Shown one piece after another: positions 36,999 to 46,931 of a stretch of 64,000 nucleotides of DNA. Positions within the stretch are counted from its first letter, which is position 1; each line of letters starts with the position of its first letter. The stretch lies in the NCBI GenBank assembly GCA_950097015.1, contig CATNEN010000038.1, positions 20,398,001-20,462,000 on the forward strand, read 5' to 3'. Below the pieces are notes generated by a model. It saw nothing but the letters and a program-made list of their open reading frames with translations, made no database searches and was not told the origin of the DNA. The translations under genes were made by a program, and so were the position numbers. The stretch is from Macrostomum hystrix (lineage: Eukaryota; Animalia; Platyhelminthes).

Positions 36999-37487
36999 CA
37001 GCTTCTTCTTCTGCTACCGCTTCAGCTGCTACCATGACAACAGCTGCAACGCAGTCTGGCCAGGTCGGCAAAATCGAATGTACTGTAAGATTTCTTTCCT
37101 CTTTTTTGTTACATTATTGTCACGTGTTTTTCGACATTGGATGCTAAAAATAGATTATCAAGTCTTAGCTAGAGGTTATCACGCGAATACCGCGTGTTAT
37201 TCGGCCTTGGATGCTAAAAATAGAATCTTCAGTATCAATTACAGGCTATCACGCGAACGTCGCGTGTAATTTGACCTTGGATGCTAAAAATAGAAGTTTT
37301 ACTGTCCGATCACACAAGCACTGTGATTAATAGCTTAAAATAGAAATATCCGTACATATTTTCAGGTGCACAGTCACGTGGTCAATCAAATTCTCCATTT
37401 TTATTAAGTTGCCATAATTTATATGTTTTACCTCCGCTTACCTTCCAGGTGGCTCCACGAGTTGATGCCAGCAGTGTCTTACTTTGA
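15720..37487 (+). CDS. BRSK: BR serine/threonine kinase (BRSK/SAD-1), ~810 aa; exons 15720-15852, 17155-17335, 18071-18211, 18311-18427, 19686-19719, 33279-33347, 33840-33986, 34156-34190, 34897-35077, 35321-36034, 36366-36807, 36885-37084, 37449-37487 (last exon uncertain)
   Basis: Spliced product [101 protein letters not shown], with the BRSK-specific CPE. UBA (DIDPDIF..MTSLQCF), GTPRFHRR and KA1 ([27 protein letters not shown]) regions present. All intron phases are consistent. Confidence 0.93.
17430..17790. repeat. Degenerate 21-bp minisatellite (gggattaggatccatgggttt) in BRSK intron 2
   Basis: Tandem periodic copies. Confidence 0.75.
18452..19545. repeat. 22-bp minisatellite (gagctaggtcattgtgtattgt) in BRSK intron 4, interrupted by SINE B
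   Basis: Homogeneous at 19190-19540; degenerate and block-duplicated around the SINE. Confidence 0.9.
18635..19008 (+). mobile_element. tRNA-derived SINE family B, apparently full length
   Basis: A-box-like ggtggcagagcggtt, B-box gttcgattcc and (tta)n tail; homologous copies at 42493-42790, 63518-63655 and 51172-51290. Confidence 0.85.
20130..21570. repeat. 22-bp minisatellite (gtctaagctagaatcgcagcta) in BRSK intron 5
   Basis: ~60 tandem copies with variant units. Confidence 0.95.
22491..24270 (+). mobile_element. Full-length mariner (DD34D) transposon, 1780 bp, with ~202-bp TIRs and TA TSD
   Basis: TIRs 22491-22692 and 24069-24270 (about five mismatches); TA at 22489-22490 and 24271-24272; intact transposase ORF. 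Confidence 0.95.
22957..24057 (+). CDS. Mariner transposase (366 aa from ATG 22957)
   Basis: HTH N-terminus, WVPRLL, TGDETW (D1), HDNARPH (D2), [10 protein letters not shown] (D3); 34 residues between D2 and D3; no stops or frameshifts. Confidence 0.95.
   Translation: MFNVSSKEGQRQFVYSQWKLGKRGSEIVSQLTEIYGVSAISKSAVYRWLEEFSHGRTDVADDTANRGRPISPSTKALIQMVKEIVQANPRLTARELADRLGSPKTSIHRILSVDLGMVKLTARWVPRLLTEEMKTVRMKSCRENLELVRDAGGWESFRPYLVTGDETWIPHFDPETKQESKMWALKGSDPPVKAKRDQHCKKIMLTLFFDQEGPLTIDFLEPNSTVNSDRYTETLTKLKSDIRNKRRTAMKPHLLLHDNARPHTAKKTLDRINELNFDLLAHPPYSPDLAPCDYAIFPQLKKHLRGRIFDHRDNLEGEVRRVLLHEIPRRAYADAINALLTRWTKCCELRGDFVEKSSVDGDGDAA
25310..26130. repeat. 24-bp (12-bp subunit) minisatellite gctagaatcgcagctggagtctaa
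   Basis: Tandem copies; same core as the 20130-21570 array. Confidence 0.95.
27290..27790. repeat. 21-bp pyrimidine-rich minisatellite (ctattctctctattcccagat)
   Basis: Tandem copies; source of the YSLYSQI-type ORFs. Confidence 0.9.
28358..29325. repeat. 34-bp minisatellite (aacagggtgagattttgtaaagatcctctatttt; variant ...gtataaattggctataag after ~28885)
   Basis: ~28 copies in two homogenised sub-blocks. Confidence 0.95.
29752..30365. repeat. 22-bp minisatellite (aattggaaatgtagggacatag)
   Basis: Tandem copies. Confidence 0.92.
31058..32110. repeat. 32/38-bp minisatellite (agctgtctcacatccttatcctgcattatctt[acatgt]) with higher-order repeats
   Basis: Tandem copies; a multi-unit block containing tggcagtctcaccttc recurs three times. 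Confidence 0.92.
32510..32610. repeat. 31-bp repeat, about three copies (gggaagtaatgaaacgggatagagataaata)
   Basis: Tandem copies. Confidence 0.8.
33384..33790. repeat. 25-bp minisatellite (gattggccaacagccccctcactag) in BRSK intron 6
   Basis: ~16 tandem copies. Confidence 0.95.
34355..34850. repeat. 54-bp minisatellite in BRSK intron 8
   Basis: Unit gagagctaaaaatagcatgcattccccggaaatccagccaacatgcgcgaccat, ~9 copies; gives 18-aa periodic ORFs on both strands. Confidence 0.95.
35114..35320. repeat. 12-bp minisatellite (caggacttacct / caggattcacct) in BRSK intron 9
   Basis: Tandem copies. Confidence 0.9.
36085..36295. repeat. Degenerate ~30-bp repeat (attatcccagatcctcaag core) in BRSK intron 10
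   Basis: Periodic core. Confidence 0.6.
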
Positions 37488-39029
37488 CCTTGCAGAGCTG
37501 ATGGATCTTTTATCTGAGTGGACTTCATTTAATTAGTCGTTAATAGTTTGTTCTGCTTTTTAATTGATTGTTCAATTGGTATAAAATTTGTGAAGTTTCT
37601 TACTATTTAATTTGCAATGCGTTTAGTTAATAGTAATAATCGATAGCTAGTTAATGCTAGCGGTCACCTGTTTTTTTACTTTGTCTACAACCATTTTAGA
37701 AGCCTTTTCACTCACACTGACAAATCTAGTCCTTTATATTTGTTTTCTCAAGTTTTTTTCCCAAACGCATCATCATCAACGCAGCAATCATCATTGCTGC
37801 CTATAGTCAAACGCTTGATAAATATTTGTTAAATTGACAGGACAATAAAACACTGTGATAGACTATTTGTTCTCTTACACCACATGCACTCTAGTCAGTA
37901 CGTGTTCGTGCAATCTCAGTCTCACATATATATATATTTGTTAGCAAGTGATAACTAGACTGCTCTCTTACCTCATTTCGTTTGGTAGATTTGATTCGGA
38001 AACAAAACCTAATAATATATGTTTTTAATAGTCAGTTAACAATTTCGCTTTTTTACTGTCGTGTCCTTGTGCGATTTGCTCCTTTAAACTAAATTTAGCT
38101 TTTACGTTTTTTGTTTTTCTCCCTAGCAACCGCCTAGAAACCAAAAAGCATATCACGCAATGGCCACATGATGAAGCAACGAAAATTTAAAAAAATCTTC
38201 ATTAAAACTGGCTTATTTTTGTGGCGGTTTTGCACGCAAAATGTCGGTGTGTTTTTCTAATAAATGTCGTCACTGCACTACTTACAAGTAACAAGTAGCA
38301 AATATGAAAGTCGTTTTTGCGTGCCCTATAAAAACTAGTGTAAGTGTATTTTAACAATCAGATCCGAGTGTTTCTGAAGCGTACCACTATAAAATGTATT
38401 ACCAAGCTAACTTTGTAAGCATACTTCCCTTCTTTAAAAGTAGGAAGTCTAGGTTATTTTTGCCAAAGGGGAAGCACCATGGGGTATTTCAAATACCAAC
38501 TGCCTAAATCACGAAAGCTCCCAAACCAAATGACCGATTTTCGTGAGAGTCCACCGTGTGGATCAACAATTTTCGCTCTTTACGATGAACTAACTTTCAA
38601 AGCAACCATTATGGGTAAATCTATATATTATAATACGATTTTCATGACAGTAAATTAGTGTTTTAGCTAGGCAAAACGCAGTTTTTTTTCTGTAAATTGT
38701 ATGCGTTTAAGGAATGCAGCGTCCTTGTCTGACATGAAATGCATTTTCGCTTATGGGAATTTTTTCAATAATCGATTATCTTTTTATCTTAAATTCCAAA
38801 CACTTGGAATACAAATTTTGTTACTAAGCTAAAATCAATGTTATCGACAAAATAATTAGTTTTAATTGTTCAAGTCTATATTTACTTTCCACAGCAGTTT
38901 GTAGTCATGACTGTTGAGCACTTCGAAATTAACAAACCTATTATTTTGTTTGTTTAATTACTGATTTTGTCATTTTAATAAGCTGACTAATTTATGACTG
39001 AAGAAATCCACTTCTGCCCCAAAATGAAT

Positions 39030-39822
39030 ATTTCTGACACATTAGATCCCTTTCTGACACATTAGATCAATTTCTGAAACATTAGATCCATTTCTGACAC
39101 ATTAGATCCCCTTCTGGCACATTAGATCCATTTCTGACACATTAGATCCATTTCTGACACATTAGATCCATTTCTGACACATTAGATCCATTTCTGACAC
39201 ATTAGATCCATTTCTGACACATAATATCCATTTCTGACACATTAGATCCATTTCTGACACATTAGATCCATTTCTGACACATTAGATCCCTTTCTGACAC
39301 ATTAGATCCATTTCCGACACATTAGATCCATTTCTGTCACATTAGATCCATTTCCGACACATTAGATCCATTTCCGACACATTAGATCCATTTCTGACAC
39401 ATAATATCCATTTCTGACACATTAGATCCATTTCCGACACATTAGATTCATTTCAGGCACATTAGATAAATTTCTGACACATTAGATCCCTTTCTGACAC
39501 ATTAGATAACTTTCTGATACATTAGATACCTTTTTGACACATGAGATCAATTTCTAATACTTTAGATCGATTTTTGGCACAGTGAATTGATTTTCGACCC
39601 AGTAAATCGATATCTGACACAGAAGTTTTATATCTGACACAGAAATTTTATATCTGACACACAAGTTTTATATCTGACACAGAAGGTTCATATCTGAGAC
39701 AGATGGTTGATTTCTGACCCAAAAGGTTGATTTCTTACACTGTAAATCGATATCTGACACAGAAGTTTCATATCTGACAAAGGAGTTTGATTTCTGACAC
39801 AATAAATTGATTTCTGACACAG
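39030..39822. repeat. 20-bp minisatellite (tttctgacacattagatcca), between the convergent BRSK and GLIS 3' ends
   Basis: Exact 20-bp period, degenerating rightwards. Confidence 0.95.
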
Positions 39823-40022
39823 AGGTAGACTTGGGGTGTAACTAGTATTCTGTATCGATTTCTTTAACTGCAGTATGTGTACCTAAGAGCTAAATGAACT
39901 TTATATAGTTTGCAATAAAGGGACAATATCAATAATAATAGCGTGTTATTACTGATCCCGTATTTTAAATCTCTAGAATGAGTCAATAAAATATAACTTT
40001 CTTTTAAAAAGCTGAAATGGAA

Positions 40023-42284
40023 TCAGAAGTAGTCACTCGTATCGTCATTAGTATGGCAGAATGTGACAAAACACGGCTGCAGAAACTGGTGGTGGTTACA
40101 AGCTGAGTTCCCCAGACCTGCAGTAACTTCCGCTGCAGTTGTTGGATTTGAATTCGCGCCAATCGTTGAAGTTACGTCACCAGCCGAGCCGCAATGACTT
40201 CGGCTGTGCTTCCTTAGCGAGCTGGGATCTGTGTACCGCTTCCGACAGCCCGCTATGTCGCATGAGTAGGGCTTCTGTGGCATAAGTATTTTGTTTGTTT
40301 ATTTTAAGCACATTTGTCTGCAGTGAAAGGCAAGCTACTATATAGATAGTCAATAATTGTTTTCAGTTACAATTTTCAAAAGAGAGTTGAAATTAATTTG
40401 CCTAAAATTATCTGTCAGAGGTGCGGAATGCTAAGGCTGGGTGAACTGAAGCAATCAATAGTTAACTGTCTAAATGACACAAATTGTGTCAGAGTAGACG
40501 GGAATCGAGCCCCCGACCTTCAAGTCATGAGGCCTTAGAAATATAATTATACGTATAGGATATCATGCGAATAAATTTATTTCACTCGGTCTGAGATCAA
40601 TTATATCCTGCTCACTTCATCGGCGTGAGTCCTCTGATGCTTGGCCCTATCAGAGGAGTTACTGAATGCCCTGTCGCAGGCCGGGTAGCCGCATGCGTAG
40701 GGCCGTTCGCCAGTGTGCGAGCGATAGTGGATCTTGAGATTCTCAAGACGCGAGAAGGCCTGGAAAGTTTTTGTAAGAAAATTTTGACTTTTTTAAACTA
40801 AATAATGACAAAGACACAAATACAGACACGCAGATATACAAACAAAGACAAAGAGACAAAGACACATAAATAAAGACATCATGGATAAAGACACAGATGA
40901 AGACACAGATAAAGACACTCAGATACAGAAGCATAGATAAAGAGAAGCAGATAAAGACACGTACGAGTAGATAGATACATTATGACAAAGACACATGCAC
41001 TTCAGTTGCACCAGCTAGCCGTACCTTGCCGCAGCCGGGGTGAGGACAAGGATTGGGTCTCTCGCCGCTGTGCACTCGCATGTGAATTAAAAGTTTGTAG
41101 CGCGCATTGAAGGGCCTGCGCTTTCTGGCACAGCCGTTCCAGAAGCAGGTGTACTCGTCGTTTAGCGATCGCCGATCAACGTGCAGCCGCTCGATGTGGG
41201 CGACGAGTTGATCGACCGCGACGAACTTCTGAAACCGTTAAGAAATGGTGAACTTCTCAATCGACTTGAAAGCTTCTAAATCAAGGTGACAACTTCTCAA
41301 TCGAGGTGACAACTTCTCAATCTAGATGAGAACTTCTCAATCAAGTTGAATACTTCTTAATCGAGGTGACAATTTCTCAATCGAGGTGACAACTTCTCAA
41401 TCTAGGTGACAGCTTCTTAATCAAGGTGAGAACTTCTCAATCAAGTTGAAAACTTCTCAATCGAGGTGACAACTTCTCAATCGAGGTGACAACTTCTCAA
41501 TCTAGATGACAACTTCTCAATCTAGATGAGAACTTCTCAATCAAGTTGAATACTTCTTAATCGAGGTGACAATTTCTCAATCGAGGTGACAACTTCTCAA
41601 TCTAGGTGACAGCTTCTTAATCAAGGTGAGAACTTCTCAATCAAGTTGAAAACTTCTCAATCGAGGTGACAACTTCTCAATCGATGTGACAACTTCTCAA
41701 TCGAGGTGACAACTTCTCAATCAAGTTGAAAACTTCTCAATCGATGTGACAACTTCTCAGATAAAAAATCAAGGTGACAGTGTATGATGTCTCCTGACTA
41801 AAAACGTTATTCCTAACAATGTTTGCAGAATTAATAGGCTAATCAAATCTTTACAAACCATTGAGCAACCAATCCAGCGACACTTGTACCATTGTTGACA
41901 GTCGTCAGCAGTTTTACCGGCTCCAGACTGATTTGCAAACCAACCGGAAGTTTCCGGGTTACCAGACAGAATTTCAATATCAATAGGCTCAGCAGATAGC
42001 TGCGGCGGCGGCGCAGGCTCCAACTCAGCTAGAAGTTCGCTGAGCAGCTGGGTTTGCTGCTGCTGCTGCTGCTGCTCTGAGTCCGTTTCGTAGACTTGAG
42101 CTAACAGACTCTCCAGTCCTGGCTGCTGCTGCTGCTCAGGTTCATTGTAGTTTATCTGCCCAGTCCACTCCCAGTCTGTAGTTGTAAGCGACTCAAACTC
42201 AAGCCCAAACTCGGCAGATATGAGGCTGGCCTGAAGCGGATCCAACTGGTCATAGTGCTGCTGCTGCTGCGAATAGCTGTCCAT
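40023..42284 (-). CDS. GLIS: GLIS1/3-type (lame duck-like) five-finger C2H2 transcription factor, ~341 aa; exons 42284-41859, 41228-41025, 40759-40616, 40274-40023
   Basis: [16 protein letters not shown]; [27 protein letters not shown]; [21 protein letters not shown]; [15 protein letters not shown]; [12 protein letters not shown]. All introns are phase 0. Additional upstream exons cannot be excluded. Confidence 0.92.
40430..40535 (-). mobile_element. SINE family A, 5' half, in GLIS intron 3
   Basis: Reverse complement of ctcatgacttgaaggtcgggggctcgattccc...aatttgtgtc...gcttcagttcaccc. Confidence 0.75.
41250..41760. repeat. 20-bp minisatellite (aacttctcaatcgaggtgac) in GLIS intron 1
   Basis: Exact 20-bp period with a higher-order duplication. 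Confidence 0.95.
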
Positions 42285-42404
42285 CTCGCCTAGGCCTGCG
42301 AAATCTTACGATGGGTATTTGACATGTTGCCTCGGCAGTTTGCTTTCACTAAAACTATCCGAGTTCTTTTCAACATAGGTTAAATTTGAATATTATTTGC
42401 ACTT

Positions 42405-42492
42405 AGCTGCGTACAGATGTTCAGTCCATGGACTGACGGGACTGCATGACCTTACCCATCAAATTTTCTAACCCCAGCTAATTTTGGTACCC
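42405..42492 (-). mobile_element. SINE family A internal fragment
   Basis: agctgcgtacag.tgttcagtccatggactg...ggtaccc is the reverse complement of the family A body. Confidence 0.7.
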
Positions 42493-42790
42493 TAGGGGGT
42501 GAGTGCCTCTAGCGCCAAGGTCCCTAGCTAGCCTGAGCTCGATTCCGCGGCGAGGCCACATTCATTCGCGGAAGATAAGGCTTCGGGCTTGTCGTGCAAT
42601 TTACGCCATTGAGGGCCAACCTCCAAGACACAGTGAGAGTGTACACAGCCTGACGATGAGAAAGTCAGCGTAGATGTACACACCTGTGTGAGCGTGTCTC
42701 TGCGTACAGTATCTGTGTGCGTGTGTGCTCAGGAGTCAGCGGAATGGGCAGAATTGCCTCCTGGCTGGCTGCGGGTCTACAGTCACCAAA
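42493..42790 (+). mobile_element. SINE family B copy, 3'-truncated
   Basis: Long matches to 18690-18960 (cggcgaggccacatt, gcttgtcgtgcaatttac, gtgtgctcaggagtcagcg, aatgggcagaattgcctcct). Confidence 0.88.
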
Positions 42791-42831
42791 GGCTATCCTA
42801 AGCTAATAGTTCATTTCAAGATATACTCGTA

Positions 42832-43593
42832 CAAGGGGTGTTGCAAAAGTTTCCGGACTAATGCTAATCCTGGTGACAATTTGTGTTTGATTTGGCTGAA
42901 AATTGATGTCTATGGTATTCAGCTGTAGAAAAGACTTTTCCTAAAATTTTATGCAGCTTAGGCAACCACAGCATACATGAGGGCCAAAATAGGTTGCAAC
43001 CCTTTGAAGCTGTTGACACGATTTTTTACAAACCAAAAGTGAGCGAAAATGAGTCGACCGAAGAATCCATCGGAGTTCGGGTCTAAGGAAAGCCAGCTTC
43101 CAACGACTGCTGAACCACCCAGCCTACAGTCCCGATCTCGCCGTCACCGATTTCCACCTTTTTGGCCCAATGAAGATGCCAATGCGGGGCGAGATCTTCA
43201 CAATGCCCGAGGAGGTCATCGAAGCAGCCAACAAGTCTCTACGTCAGTTCGATGCCAGCTTCTGGGAGTCTGGCTTCGACAAGCTGATTCAGCACTACCG
43301 AAAATGCATCTCCGTAAATGTCGAATACGTGGAGCGAGCCAGCAATCAACCTGTGGACGCATCCGGCGATAGAAGCGACAGTGACAGTGATTGGTAGCTG
43401 TAACTCGGAAATCGTATTTCATGACTATAATAATCTAGTGTAAAATCGCTTATTACTTTGGACCATCAACTCCAAACTTTCTGAAACTTAATAAAATCAT
43501 AAAATACAGTTGCCTGTTCGTCTGTTTAGATTTTTTGCTGAATCAGACTAAAATTATCACCATGACAAGCATTAGTCCGGAAACTTTTGCAAC
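42832..43593 (+). mobile_element. Internally deleted mariner element (second family)
   Basis: TA|caaggggtgttgcaaaagtttccggactaatgct left end; 26-bp inverted match at 43568-43593 lacking the outermost 8 bp; retains the transposase C-terminus HPAYSPDLAVTDFHLFGPMK...KCISVNVEYVE. Confidence 0.85.
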
Positions 43594-44189
43594 TATATGA
43601 TTAGAATTTGTGAAGCTATATTGAAACAAGCGTTGCCTATCAGAACAATAGAGTTATGATACAAATTAATACAACTGATTTAAAAAGCCACTTACTAGAA
43701 TCGCCAACACCAACGAAAGACCTGTACTTGCCTAGATGAAAATTTTCTCTTTCTTTGTTTAATTCGCAATGGCTCACGCCATTTAGCGTCTTTTTATACA
43801 GGCCGATAAGTATAGATTGAATCAATTTATACCCTAACAATGAATGGACTAGGATGATTGCGTAAAATTTAGCATCATTAACTAACACAGCAAAGACAGC
43901 TGAGACACGCACTGCCCCTCTGCCACCGCATCATGCAGCCTTCTCAATTAGTGATGAGTGAGTGATGAGTGATTGTGGGCGTAGAAAAAAAAACTGTTTT
44001 TCCTTGCCGAACATCCGAGCTGACACGGGCAATCTGGGCCAAAATCAACTCCGATGTAATTTGAGATGGGGCTATGATCATTTCGTGATAGTTCACAAAT
44101 TCGCGATGGCGAGTAACTGCGGCAATCAATGTAACCGACAAGTAATGTTAGTGGAGCTGATAAAAGGCATAATCATGCGGCCTCATAGG

Positions 44190-44950
44190 CTATCTGTGAT
44201 TAAGCGATCTCATCTGTTACTATGAGATCTCATCTGTCACTTCTGTGACTAAGCGATCTCATCTGTTACTATGAGATCTCATCTGTGACCAAGAGAACTC
44301 ATCTGTGACCAAGGGATCTCATCTGTGACTATGAGATCTCATCTGTGTGACTATGAGATCGCATCCGTGACTAAGAGAACTCATCTCTGACTAAGAGATC
44401 TCATCTCTGACCAAGATATCTCGTCGGTGACTAAGAGATTCCATCTATGACTATGTGATCACATCTGTGACTAAGAGATCTCATCTCTGACCAAGATATC
44501 TCGTCGGTGACTAAGAGATTCCATCTATGACTATGTGATCACATCTGTGACTATGAGATCTCATCTGTGACTATGAGATCTCATCTGTGACTATGAATTC
44601 CCATCTGTGGCAATGAGATCCCATGACTAAGAGATCTCATCTGTGACTATGAGATCTCATCTGTTACTATGAGATCTCATCTGTGACCAGGAGATCTCAT
44701 CTCTGACCAAGAGAACTCACCTGTGACTATGAGATCTCATCTGTGACTAAGAGATCTCATCTGTGACCAGGAGATCTCATCTCTGACCAAGAGAACTCAT
44801 CTGTGACTATGAGATCGCATCCGTGACAAAGAGAACTCATCTCTGACCAAGATATCTCGTCGGTGACTAAGAGATTCCATCTATGACTATGTGATCACAT
44901 CTGGGACTATGAGATCTCATCTGTGACTAAAATATCCCATATGTGACTGT
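44190..44950. repeat. 20-bp minisatellite (gactatgagatctcatctgt) with internal palindrome atgagatctcat
   Basis: Tandem copies with variant units. Confidence 0.92.
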
Positions 44951-45690
44951 AGTACCCCATCACTGACTCAGATCCCGTCCGTGAATGCGAGATCCCATCA
45001 CGTGGCTCGTTGTCAGTAGCAGATAATGAAAAGGCAAAAAATGCATAGCTGATGTAACTTATAATTAATTTTGCGGATAACATTACAAGAGAAAAATCAT
45101 TTCGTTTTTATTAATAACAAATTAAACAATTGACTTGACTTACTGATGCAAGCAGTCAAAACGACTAAATATAATCGCGATAAATATAAAACAGAACAAA
45201 CATTATACAGGCCTTATATTTATAAGAGAATTACTATTGCGTCAACAAGGAAAAAACAACAGGGTGCATCGTGTGGGTCTTTTATTAATTCATTTACTCT
45301 TGCGGCAGATAAAGTTGGCATGAAACTATGACAAAAAAATTTAATTTAGCATGCCAAAATTTATTATGATGATAATTACTTGGAAAGCATGTTTTATATA
45401 GGCTGGTTTATCTACAATTTGCTAGGCCAAAGAAATCAACAAGAAATTGAATAAAAAACACGACTTGCTAAACTACAAAACAATCAACAGAATAATATTA
45501 AATTACTGATATTGATATTATTAGTACTGATGTAATCAGCGTACGAATTTGAAAACTCATTAGAAATAACAAACTTAAATAAAATTTACAATAGTAAACT
45601 CAGTAATTAAGCGCAGTAAAAAAGCAGTATTTACCATTTAGAATTATCATATTATTATATATATGATAATATATATTATCATAACTGACC

Positions 45691-46015
45691 GTAGAGGTTG
45701 TAGCCTAGTGGTTAGGGCGTCGGACTCATGACTTGAAGGTCGGGGGTTCGATTCCTGACTCCCCTGAACAATTTGTGTCCTTTAGCAAGACACTAAACTC
45801 TGCATCTGCATTGCTTCAGTTCACCTGTTCAGCTGTTAAATGGGTACCAGCATCAGCTGGGATAATTGAAAGTGGGTGTGGCGTCCCCCCAGTCCATGGA
45901 CTGAACAGCTGTACGCAGCCTTCAGATGCGCCGCGCATTAGCTGCGGCTGTGCTGTCGGCTGCACATCTGACCCAATTGGGGCAGGTGTAATCAATTATT
46001 ACAATTATCAATTAT
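45691..46015 (+). mobile_element. tRNA(Met-like)-derived SINE family A, full length, with CORE-like central domain
   Basis: A box tagcctagtgg, CAT anticodon-like loop, B box ggttcgattcc; central tgtgtcctttagcaagacactaaactct...gcttcagttcacc...ctgttaaatggg; caatta-type tail; five or more other copies in the window. Confidence 0.85.
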
Positions 46016-46931
46016 ATCCTACCCGACTGTTTTATATCTAATCTTCAGATATCCCACCTGACCTTCTGCTATCCTATCAATTCTAATTACGTAGGCCTAC
46101 CATAGTGAGTTACAGTTAATAGCATTGTTAAAACTAACAAAGGATTTACAGTATATTAGCTTATTAGAAATACAACAGAATAGCATAGGCAAAAGTCATA
46201 CGTTTTTACGAAACTGAATAATTCATGAAATAATTATTATGGAAATTAAAATCATGCAAAGATCCCATGACTTAGATAATGAGTCATCCCATGATATTAT
46301 CCCAGCACAGATATATCTTAATAATATCATATTAAGATCATTAATATGATCTTACTGATTCAAGTATATAACAAAAAGCGAATTACTTTGTCCGATAAAT
46401 GACAATCTTCGAAGATAATGTCAACGCATAGCAACCAATAATGACTAATAAAAATATGCACATCGCCTAGGTAAATATTCACACAATCATTTTATAAATG
46501 TAGACGCATAACGAGCAGATGTTATATAGACAAATAATAATAGTTATATAATTAATGAGTAATATTTTAGTAAGGAAAAAACTAAAGGTACTTTTAGACG
46601 ACTTCTTACAACTGCTAGGCACTAGTTAATAAACAAGATTAAATTAGATTTATTTATAGATTTCAAGTAGATCCGCCCTTACCATCACCTAAAGTTTTAA
46701 TGAGAAGTGATTTAAGAACAAAAATTGGGCGACAAATATGTAACAGAAGCTCTAAGAAATGATTCAATCAGCAATAATAGGCATAGTAAGAACGAGAAAC
46801 AAAAACAATAAATATTGTAAACTACTAACAGTAGATAATATGCATTAAATGTGAAATTGTTTTACATTGTCTTCTATTCTTAGCATTCTAAAATTACATT
46901 AAAAAAAACAGTTCGAATCGATGAATTGAGT

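Noticed and set aside
37137-37350. CRISPR-like appearance (constant repeat plus variable spacer), also considered for the other arrays
   Set aside because: Eukaryotic intron context, spacers homologous to each other, and no cas genes
45691-45765. Possible tRNA-Met gene (also the tRNA-like head at 18635)
   Set aside because: Stems pair poorly and the sequence continues into a repeated SINE body; treated as SINE heads
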